From contig NC_047080.1 of NCBI RefSeq assembly GCF_902459465.1, positions 5,766,001 to 5,830,000 of the forward strand: a stretch of 64,000 bases of DNA, read 5' to 3'. Shown here one piece after another: positions 1 through 12,000 of this stretch. Below the pieces are notes generated by a model. The model was not told the origin of the DNA. It ran no database searches and saw nothing but the letters and a program-made list of their open reading frames with translations. Position 1 is the first letter of the stretch. Every line of letters begins with the position of its first letter. The position numbers and the translations under genes were made by a program. The DNA is from Asterias rubens (Eukaryota).

Positions 1-10
1 GACCTTGTAG

Positions 11-3000
11 GTACTATCTGTGAAGTGGATATTGATGAATGTGCATCACAGCCTTGTTTAAATGGAGGTACATGTAGTAACTTAGTCAACGCGTATAGCT
101 GCGTCTGCCAAGATGGTTTTACAGGTAAGAGAGCAAACTAGAATTATTCCTGGGGTTTAGGCCTGGGCGAATTATTCGAATATCCGGTTAATGGCGAATA
201 GGTTTTCCTATCCGTAACCGCGAATGCCTTTTTTTTTCTTAACCGGATATCCGCAATGGGCGCGAATACCTATTTATAAATCGGATAGTTCTGTAATTAC
301 AACCAAGTAACCGGATATTCTTTAATATCCGAATATCCGCGGACGTCAGGCGACAACTGATAGGAATGTTTTGTCTGAATCCTTATGAAACTTCTATTAA
401 GACAGCATAAAACAGCATAAATTAAGTATTTAACTATGCTCACCTCCGTGAAGAGTTAAAACAACGACATTTCTGACATAATTTGTTCAAAGATTGCGAA
501 AGTTTTGCTTCACGTAGAGTCAATCACGATCAAAAGAAAAAGCAAATCGCCATCTTTAAATAAGATCTGGTTATTTTTATGAATGAACCGAGTGACACTG
601 TCTAAAACTAATATCAATCCGCCCATAAAATCTCATTCACAAATGAACAGCGCCCTGTAGCGGCAAAAAAACTATTCGAATATCCAGTTAATTTCGGATA
701 GTTGGCCAGCGGTATCCGAATACCAAAATTTCACTATTCGCCCAGCACTACTCAGGTTCATAACATTTTATTCCGTCTTGCTCTTGGAATTCCTGATGCT
801 ACCATATAACAATAAGGAAGGAAGTGAGAGCACTTAAAGATGTAAGTCTGTTTCAATTTTGACGCCACAAATTCCCAACGAATAATTTGCAACAGGTAAA
901 TTGTGCTTAACTCCTGCGAAACATTCGCTGTGAGAACGGCCATGTGACGTTAAGAATCGCTTCGCATTTGCAGGAAGTACATGTATAAGCCAGGCTTTAA
1001 AACCCAAAAATGAGCTGTCATGCTCTTCCTTAAATTCCCTATTTGCAGGAAGTAATGGAAAATTATCATGTCTTTTAGAAGGGTGTTGTAGTTTATATCT
1101 CTCATGAGCTGTCATGCTCTTCCTTAAATTCCCTATTTGCAGGAAGTGATGGAAAATTATCATGTCTTTTAGAAGGGTGTTGTAGTTTATATCTCTCATG
1201 AGCTGTCATGCTCTTCCTTAAATTCCCTATTTGCAGGAAGTGATGGAAAATTATCATGTCTTTTAGAAGGGTGTTGTAGTTTATATCTCTCATGAGCTGT
1301 CATGCTCTTCCTTAAATTCCCTATTTGCAGGAAGTGATGGAAAATTATCATGTCTTTTAGATGGGTGTTGTAGTTTATATCTCTCATGAGCTGTCATGCT
1401 CTTCCTTAAATTCCCTATTTGCAGGAAGTGATGGAAAATTATCATGTCTTTTAGAAGGGTGTTGTAGTTTATATCTCTCATGAGCTGTCATGCTCTTCCT
1501 TAAATTCCCTATTTGCAGGAAGTGATGGAAAATTATCATGTCTTTTAGATGGGTGTTGTAGTTTATATCTCTCATGAGCTGTCATGCTCTTCCTTAAATT
1601 CCCTATTTGCAGGAAGTGATGGAAAATTATCATGTCTTTTAGAAGGGTGTTGTAGTTTATATCTCTCATGAGCTGTCATGCTCTTCCTTAAATTCCCTAT
1701 TTCCTTGTTTTGTCTTTTTACCAAGATCATTATTTGACGAGATTGTTTAATGACATTATTTGATGACATTATTTGGTCTGATTTTTGACAAATCTTAATA
1801 TTTGTTGATTTATTCTTAGGTGTTTCATGCGAGTCTGATATTGATGAATGTTCATCCAACCCTTGCGTTAACGGACAATGTTTCAATTACATTAATTTCT
1901 ACAATTGTTCATGCTCTGCTGGGTATAAAGGTATTTATTCCAATCTTTCCTATTATTTGTATTTTTTCCCCTTCTATCGACCCCTTACATGACGCAGAAG
2001 ACACCTCGTCACCATGAGCACCTACCACTTGCACCCATTTGATATATTCCACTGCTGCTAATCCCACAACAACTTTTGCAGCCAAAACCCTCTCAAAACA
2101 TAGTCCTTAAAGGCACTGGACACTTTTGGTATTTACTCTAAACAATTGTTAGCATATAAATTATTTGGTAACGAGCAATGGAGAGCTATTGATAGTATAA
2201 AACATTGTGAGAAACGGCTCCCTCTGAAGTAACAGAGTTAATGAGAAAAAAAGTAATTTCTCACTGAAATATTTGAATTGAATTTGAGACCTCAGCTGAG
2301 GTCTCAAAGTCAAGCACCTGAAAGCACACTTTCGATTTGTTAATAAGTGTGTTCTTTCTTCCATTGTTTCTCGCAACTTCGACGACCAATTGAGTCCAAA
2401 TTTTCACAGGTTTGTTATTTTATGCATGTTGAGATACACTGAGTGAGATGACTGGGCTTTCAGATTTACCAAAGATGTTCCGCGCCTTTAAAGTTTAGGA
2501 ATCTAAAGCTTTTACAAATTCTTCTGCATACTATAAGCCTATATTCGGAGTTCCAGCTGCGCATGTCTGTTACTGCTGACACCACAATTTGTTGCTCTCC
2601 CCTGACCTTTTGACAATACCCGCTTGTATTGTCAAAAGGTCACTAGAGAGCAACAAATTGCGTTGTCAGCAGTAACAGACATGAGCAGCTGGAACTCCAA
2701 ATAGGCTTATTGAGCTCACATATTTTAAGTCCCTTTTCTCGCTCATCTTGAATAAACCTTAATGTGAACTATACTCCGATTTAATGAATCCAATATTTGA
2801 TTTATTTTGTTCTTTGTATGTAGGTGATAACTGTGATGTAGATGTTCAGGAATGTTCCTCAAATCCCTGTCTGAATAATGCAGAGTGCTTTGAACCATCA
2901 CTGGATATTTTTGAATGTGTCTGCGCAAAAGGTATTGTTATAACTCTCATTTCTCATTTTTATGTTTATGTAATAATAATAATGTTTTTATCAATATTGT

Positions 3001-6000
3001 GTAATTTTTAGTGTTATATATTGTTATATTTATGTTCATATTTATATTTATACATAGTTATTAACGTTTCCTGTAAGTGGCGCTTTCCGCTGTTGGATGT
3101 CAATAAATAAATAAAAATAAAAAAATAAAAAATGTTTCTTATTGAAGCAGTATTATAGTAAATAATTGTTAGTTATTTTCTATGTTGGTCTTTCATTTAC
3201 ACATTCACCAAGCAGGTTGTTTTACTGCAGAAATCCTTTTTAGCAAATCAAACTTTGTGATTATGCTAAGATACTTGCTAAAAATTCACAGAAACACCCT
3301 TTCCAAATCATCAAACTTATCCCATCTTTTCTATCAGGAACCTCTGGTCTTACCTGTGGCACAGTGGAACAGGCCAGCTTTTCAGGAAGTGGTGCATTAG
3401 AGCTTCCTCCTTTGGCAGCCTACATTGTCAATACAGGGTTGGCAGGTAGGAGAAGACGCGCTATTGCGCAGATGTTGGTGACTTTCAAGTTTGTGACTAC
3501 GATCCCGTCAGGAGTCCTTATGTACAATGAAGGGGTAAGTCTGTGATTAGGTTGGTTGTTGTTGTTTGTATATTGTTTTGGGTTTTTTTTCGGGGGGGGG
3601 GGGATTCTGGTATCAGACTGGGTTGCGTGTTCAAGACTAACTCGGTTTTTAAGATTAATTGAAGGTGTCGTCCAATAGTTTATTATCTTGGTTTACCACT
3701 ATTGCTCGGTCTGTTAAAGGCACTGGACACATTTGGTTATTGTCAAAGACCCGTCTTCTCACTTGGTGTATCTCAACATATGCATATAATAACAAACATG
3801 TGAAAATTTGAACTCAATTGGTCATCAAAGTTGCGAGAGAATAATGGAAGAAAAAACACCCTTGTCGCACAAGTTGTGTGCTTTCAGATTCTTGAATTCC
3901 AGTCCTCAGCTGAGGTCTCGAATACGATTCTAATATTTAAGTGAGAAATTACGTGTTTCTCAAAAACTACATGTATGTTACAATTCAGAGGGAGCCACAA
4001 TGTTTTATACTATCAACAGCTCTCCATTGCTCGTTACCAAGTAAGTTTTTATGCTAATAATTATTTTGAGTAATTACCAATAGTGTCCAGTGTCTTTAAA
4101 GTTATGTACTTGGTTTGATTTTTAACATCTATTGTGATATACAGGTCCAGGCTAACGGTTACGTAGATCACCTTGCAGTGGAGCTCTACAAGGGCTCCCT
4201 CTACGTCTCACTGAATGTCGGATCTGAGACCTTAAAAGCAACTCTTAGTAGTGGACTCAACGATGGTGAACCTCATAAGGTTTCTATTAGTATTGTAAAC
4301 CTTGTTGCTGGCATAGCTATAGATGATGGTCAATGTGCGTCTCAATGCGTGACTAGTCTAGCGCCCTCTGCTGGTGGAGGTCAGCTAGAATTAAATGGAG
4401 CACTCTATGTTGGTGGTGTTGGACCTACTGCTACACCTTACATGGTATCAAAGTTGAAGACAACGGATAATTTTATTGGTTGCTTAGAGGTAAGAAAAAC
4501 TTGTTAGCATTCCAAACTTTACAATATATTTCATGGCTATTTTTTTTTTGTCAGATGAAGTTAAAATTTAAGGTCCATGTCATAGGAAGCAATTTACTGG
4601 CAACCAGTTCCAAGCAATCTCAAAGAACGGAGTCCATTATACAATTGTTGCACGCTGTGACGGGGTGTATGGCGTTTTGTACACCCGAGGGAGAAAATGG
4701 CACCCGAGGCGAAGCCGAGCGTACCATTTCCCCTCGAGGGTGTACAAAACCAATGGACTCCAGTCACAGCGTGCAACAATTGTTTTGTTATACCTTTGTT
4801 TAATTGTTATTCCTCTTCTCGAAGTTCTGTTGTCATCTTCAAACATTATTACAACGGTCTATTCATTGTTTAATAAGTAGACGAACAAGAAAAAATTCCC
4901 TCGAACCCGCGGTTGTTTCGTACACAGCGCTGGAAATCGACCAACGCCGGGGCTGATCATGGTGATGTACAATGTACACCGGTGTACATTACTTTTCATG
5001 TTACCCGGCCCGTTGAGCCATGTAACATGCGTTTTTGTTGCGCGTCACATGATTGGTTCTCGACCAATCAAAATTCACTGTTTGTTACCGAGGTATAACA
5101 ATCACATTTGAATGTGAACATTAATTTTCTTGGGAATCGTAAGACATTGTTTGGATCATGTGCTGCATGTACCAAAGAGGTCTTGTAGCATGAACTGCAG
5201 TGGGTTGCCTCCAATTTGCCTCGTGTGTCAAGGCCCCATGTCTCTTAAAATCAAAGAATAATCAACGTTTGAATAAATGATGTGTTTTTTTCATCCTTTG
5301 CAGAATCTTCAAATTGACAACCAGTTAATCAATCTTGGCCTTCCTCCCGATTATCCTGATCAACTCTTAACACCCGGCTGTCCATATTCAAACAACTGCC
5401 TCCCCAATCCATGCCTCAATAGCGCCCTCTGTGTTGATGGTTGGTCCAACTACACCTGTGAGTGTCCTGTTGGATTTACAGGTCGTAACTGCCAGATACA
5501 GACATTGGCAAGTTTTACACCGGGGAAGTTTTTACATTTTGCCGAGGGTGTTGTTGCTGACGATCCAATCACAAGTGTACAGTTCTCATTCAGCGCTGCT
5601 ATTGGTCAGTCTGGACTCATTATGTATATGGTAAGGATGTTTTTGGTGTATCAATTGAGTCAACATTACTTAGAAGCATTTTAATGAATGTATTTGGCTG
5701 AATTAAATTTTGTATCTTTAATTAATTAATTAATATAATGTGCCATGTCTGTCACAGGTGACACTCCTAGCGCAGGAAACCTTACTAATGAAACATTTAG
5801 GAACTAATTAAACAAAATAAAAAGAAGGAGAGGCAGCTACAAGAGATGGCTTTTGAGTTGATTCTTAAAAGTGTTGAAGGAAGTCTCCTTTCTTAGTTTG
5901 ATGGGTAGTGAGTTCCATAGGGAAGGACCAGACCGAGAGAAAGCACAGTTTCCCAGGTGCCCCTCTCTCATTTGATCATTATCTTCTTTGAGTCAAAGAA

Positions 6001-9000
6001 GATAATAATCAAATTAATTGGAAGAATAATGGAGGCTAAGATAGACAATCCTAACCCTGCTCTTGTGTTTGTTTCTCCTTAGCCATCAGGTTTGTCCGTT
6101 GTACTTACTGATCAACATTCCGTCAAGGTGATGTTTTTGGTTCTTGGAGGCGTGGCTTCAGCAGAGTCGGGAACGAACGTCTCCAATGGCGACTGGTATC
6201 AAGTTAGATTAACCATCAATGGATTCCAACTCACTTCAATTGGTAAGAATTTTAATACCTGCGATCTTCTTTATAAAATTTGTTTTAATAATAATAATAC
6301 TTAAGTCTTATATAGCGCACATATCTACCAACAAGGTTCTCCAGGCGCTAGCTGTGTACATGATACAAACTTTCAGAAAGATAGGTTATTGCAGTGATGA
6401 ATTCTTAGATCCAATTATTTAGCATCTTATAGGGGTTTACAAGGTGCTACGGTGCATTCAGCAGCCACAGCCAGGAACACCGGGACGAGTCCCTTTTCTT
6501 TTTGATAAGTGCACTGAGTTCGTTTACATGTGTTACACAAAACATGGGACCAACGGCTTTACGTCCTATCCGAAGGAAGAAGCAATGGTTAAGTGATTTG
6601 CTTAAGGACATAAGTTTCAAGACTGGGGACTCGAATCCACACTCTGCTGATCAGGAACGTCAGAGTTTTAATTCAGTGCTCATAACCGCTCAGCTACGAC
6701 ACTTACACCCTTGCATCGATGTATACTGTGAAGTCAGCACTTTCCTGTTTTCTGTAAAAAAAAAAAATCCACAGGCAAATGACTCGAGTGGGATTGGAAT
6801 CCATGACCTTTGCATTGCTAGAGCAGATGTCTTACCACTAGACTACCAGGGATGGTCTTTCATCCCTGTGATTTCCTTTCAAACATTGAAATAAGTTTTA
6901 ATAACTTGTTTACATTAATCTTTTGGGATATTTGGAATTATGCAAATGACTTGTTTCCTGTACAGTGACCAATGAGGAGACAGGGCAGGCGTATACTGGA
7001 ACCCTTTTAGCTCCGCCCTCTATCCAGCTTAGCTTACCAATGCTGTTTGGAAACTTACATCAAAATCCAGCATTTGAGCCTCTCAGAGACACCTTGCCAG
7101 TTGTAGAAAGGTAACTACCAGCTCCTCCTTGTTTTCTAAGAATGTCAAGGAATTCATTCCAACAGTTTAAAGGCATTGGACACCTTTGGTAATTGTCAAA
7201 GAACTGTACTCTTACTTGATGTATTTCAACATATGCATAAAATAACAAACCTGTAAAAATTTGAACTCAATTAGTCGTCGAAGTTGCGAGAAAATAATGG
7301 AAGAAAAAACACCCTTGACACACAAGATGTGTGCTTTAGATGCCTTGAGAGAGAAAAGCTTTCAGTGAGAAATTACTTTCATAAAAACTATGTTATTTCA
7401 GAGGGGGCCGCTTCTCACAATGTTTTATACAATCAACAGCTCTCGATGGCTTGTTCCCAAGTAAGTTTTTTATGCTAAAAATTATTTTGAGTACTTACAA
7501 GTAGTGTCCAGTGCCTTTATAGAAGATAAAGCTAAAGCTTGTCAGCCCTGATGGATTGTGCTTTATTGCCTTCATGCTGACTACTGAGTACACCTTTATT
7601 TATAAGTAACAAAACTTCTTAATTGAATTCTTTTTCATGTACATGTAAGTTTATTGCTGGTCATTTGACTTTGGTATTCTTCTCCTGAGACAATCGTGGG
7701 GATTAAGAGCCCTGAGAAATGAAGACAATCTTTGATGAGACACTTTTTCAGCTCCATTATCTTCTGAATACATGTGAAAGGGAAATGTAAAAAAATACTT
7801 CTTCATAAACACGATTGTTTTATTCTTCAGTTTCACAGGATGCGTTAGAGACATCTTCATCAATGATGTACGGATTCAACTACAAATGTCAACTCCTTAT
7901 GAGATGAACTTTGACCCTGAGTTGGCTGACCCTGGTTGTCCTCGTGAAGAGACATGTTATCCTGAGCCATGTGCTAACGAGGGAGTATGTGTTCCTGGCT
8001 GGAGTGGCTTCAAATGTCAATGCACTCGAGACTACTTTGGATCAACCTGTGAAGAAGGTAAGAAGAAGAGAGATTGATTTATGAAAAAATAAAGTCTGAC
8101 ATGCGTGCGCGTGTGCTTGGCGCGCAAGACAGAGTTGTGCAGAATGGCATTGGAGAGGCTCATGTGTTCTTGCTCATCCGTGCGCCGTGGGCAGAGCCCA
8201 ATGGATCGGTCTGTTCATACCTCAACCGTGAATAAAGTATTGTCTATTCTGCCTACCCCCCTCTTGGAAACCTGAAAGAAAAAAACATAGGGTGCGTGCA
8301 ATTAGCTTCCCCGGGTCGACCCCGGTCTTCCACCGGTATGTTCGAATAGATTTGACGTCATTCCAGGGGCTCACCCAGGTCAGCCCCAAGTGCCCTGCTT
8401 GTGGAACGGTTCACTTTGGGCTGACCCGTGGTCACCACGAGAGGGCGAGTGTGATCGCTCGATTAGCTCTGGTCAGGGGCTCACTTGAATGAGCACCGTG
8501 GGGTCGACACTGGGAAGCTAATCGAACGCACCAATAAATATATACAGCGTTCTTGTGGTGCACTGAGCTTCAGTGGCAACGACAGAGCGGACTATGTGTC
8601 CCTCCCCGCGTGAAGAAGGAAAAAAGAAGATAGATTCATGACTATTATGACGCTCTTGCTCTAACATCACATTAGGTTAACTGTCTTCCATGAACACCAG
8701 TTTGCATGTAGAAATTAATGATAAGCTTCTAAACACTCGTCAACCTAAATGCGTACCACAATGTAGGCAATGAAATTAATGATAAGCTTCTAAACGCTCG
8801 TCAACCTAAATGCGTACCACAATGTAGGCAATGAAATTAATGATAAGCTTCTAAACGCTCGTCAACCTAAATGCGTACCACAATGTAGGCAATGAAATTA
8901 ATGATAAGCTTCTAAACGCTCGTCAACCTAAATGCGTACCACAATGTAGGCAATGAAATTAATGATAAGCTTCTAAACACTCGTCAACCTAAATGCGTAC

Positions 9001-12000
9001 CACAATGTAGGCAATGAAATTAATGATAAGCTTCTAAACGCTCGTCAACCTAAATGCGTACCACAATGTAGGCAATGAAATTAATGATAAGCTTCTAAAC
9101 ACTCGTCAACCTAAATGCGTACCACAATGTAGGCAATGAAATTAATGATAAGCTTCTAAACACTCGTCAACCTAAATGCGTACCACAATGTAGGCAATGA
9201 AATTAATGATAAGCTTCTAAACACTCGTCAACCTAAATGCGTACCACAATGTAGGCAATGAAATTAATGATAAGCTTCTAAACGCTCGTCAACCTAAATG
9301 CGTACCACAATGTAGGCAATGAAATTAATGATAAGCTTCTAAACGCTCGTCAACCTAAATGCGTACCACAATGTAGGCAATGAAATTAATGATAAGCTTC
9401 TAAACGCTCGTCAACCTAAATGCGTACCACAATGTAGGCAATGAAATTAATGATAAGCTTCTAAACGCTCGTCAACCTAAATGCGTACCACAATGTAGGC
9501 AATGAAATTAATGATAAGCTTCTAAACACTCGTCAACCTAAATGCGTACCACAATGTAGGCAATGAAATTAATGATAAGCTTCTAAACACTCGTCAACCT
9601 AAATGCGTACCACAATGTAGGCAATGAAATTAATGATAAGCTTCTAAACACTCGTCAACCTAAATGCGTACCACAATGTAGGCAATGAAATTAATGATAA
9701 GCTTCTAAACACTCGTCAACCTAAATGCGTACCACAATGTAGGCAATGAAATTAATGATAAGCTTCTAAACGCTCGTCAACCTAAATGCGTACCACAATG
9801 TAGGCAATGAAATTAATGATAAGCTTCTAAACGCTCGTCAACCTAAATGCGTACCACAATGTAGGCAATGAAATTAATGATAAGCTTCTAAACGCTCGTC
9901 AACCTAAATGCGTACCACAATGTAGGCAATGAAATTAATGATAAGCTTCTAAACACTCGTCAACCTAAATGCGTACCACAATGTAGGCAATGGCTGCCAA
10001 ATGGCACAACAAAGATCAGTGTGATGATGATGATAATAAAGAAACATTTGTATAACAAATTATAGCCCTTTTGCATGATGAGGTCGGGTCTATTGAAATG
10101 CTGAATTTCATGACAGTTGAATCTTTGAACTTGTTGGTAATTCTCAGCACTGAACTTTCCCCCACCCATCTTGTCTAAATATTTATTTGGTTTTTATTTT
10201 TTGTTTTACAGTGAGTGCTTCTACGTTTATCGGAGTGGACAGTAGCTTGCGTGTCATCATCGACACACAGCTAGTCAGCTTTGGAGATGAGTTTGGCATC
10301 AGTTTCCGGACTCGTGACATGTCAGGGGTCATTATGCTAATTAGACTCTTCAGTCGGACTTACTCCAGGGTGGATCATATCTTACTCAAGCTAGATGAAA
10401 CTACGAGGGAGCTACAGCTGGAGACCAAATTCGGAACAAGTGAGCGAGTTTCTTATTACCACTTCATAATAACAATAATAATACTGAAGTCTTATATAGC
10501 GCCACGTCTACCACTCAAGGCGCTGAGTATATACAAACTTTCAGAAAGATAGGTTATTGCAGCGATGAATTCTGAGACCCAATTGTTTAGCACCTTATAA
10601 GGGTTTACAAGGTGCTACAACGCATTCAGCAGCCACAGCCAGGAACACCGGGGCGACCCCCTTCTCTTTTGGATAAGTGCACTTGGTTCTTTTACATGCG
10701 TTACACAACACATGATACCAACGGCTTTACGTCCCATCCCATGGATGAAGCAATGGTTAAGTGTCTTGCTTAAGGACACAAGTGTCACGGCTGGGGATTC
10801 AAACCCACACACTGCTGATCAGAAACACCAGAGTTTGAATTCGGTGCTCTTAACTGCTCGGCCACGATACTTCCACGATCAAACACAAAAGAAAAAATGA
10901 AATTAGGTAGTAACAGTAGTCTGTATTTCTTTTCTGAATCTAGCTGAGCAAGTTTTACCAATCACAACCAACTCATCCGATTCTACCTGGCAACAGTTGT
11001 CATGGGTGCGACATCGCGGTAACATCATGGTTAACTATAGAGGGCAGCAGATAGTTCTTACAGGAGATTTTCCGATGCACTATGAAGATCGAAGTTCAAC
11101 AGTTGAAGTGTGGATAGGTGGACCTGAAGGAACTGGTCAGTATAATACTCTCGGATTTAGTTTCACAATGTGGTTACAAAATTAAATGTGAAAAAAATTG
11201 TGAATTTATTGTTGGTATATAAATGTCCCTGATAGAGTTGTCTTAAAGATTTTGATTCATTTTTGTTTTGGAAATGGTGCATCCTTGCAATACACCTTCA
11301 TCAAATAAACTCGGAAAAAATCAATCTTTTGAACAAACTTTCGCAGCTGAATTATGCAGTATCACCAGGCATGTGCTTATATTTTTGTTTTAAAGGCACT
11401 GGACACTATTGGTAATCTCTGTTAGCATAACAAACTTACATGTTATTGATCAATGGAGAGCTGTTGATAGTATAAACATTGTGAGAAACGGCTCCCTCTG
11501 AAGTAAGATAGTTTTTGCGAAAGAAGTAATTTTCCACTAAAATATTTGAATTTGATTTCAAGACCTCAGAATTTGATTTTGAGGTCTCAAAATCAAGCAT
11601 GTGAAAGCACACAACTTCATGTGACAAGAGTGTTTTTTTCCATTATTATCTCGACAAACTTGACAAACAACTCAAATTTTTACAGTTTTGTTGTTTTATG
11701 CATATGTTGAGATACATCGAGAGAGAAGACTGTCTTTGACAATTACAAAAGGTGTCTGTAACTAACAGTGTTTTTTACAAACAGTGTGTATGTTTTGTAT
11801 GTAGGATTTCAAGCTAGTGAGAATCTCTTGGGTTGTGTTCGTAACATCTACTTCAACAGTCAACGCATCCACTACCTATCCACAAACATTCCTCAGCAAG
11901 GTGTATCCACTAGTAGTCCCTATGGACAGATCACAGATGGTTGTACTAGTGTGGATGTCTGTGCATCTAACCCATGTCCAGTCAACTCATTCTGTAATGA

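Noticed and set aside
834-1886. Repeated 63-aa minus-strand ORFs (MRDINYNT...)
   Set aside because: By-product of the 94-bp minisatellite; antisense within an intron, with no splice or domain evidence.
4480-5098. Overlapping ORFs on both strands here and at 31105-31547 and 53682-54232
   Set aside because: They arise from the GC-richer hairpin element (family E); no protein motif is visible.
8711-9991. CRISPR-like regular array
   Set aside because: Head-to-tail units with no unique spacers, no cas genes, and a eukaryotic intron.
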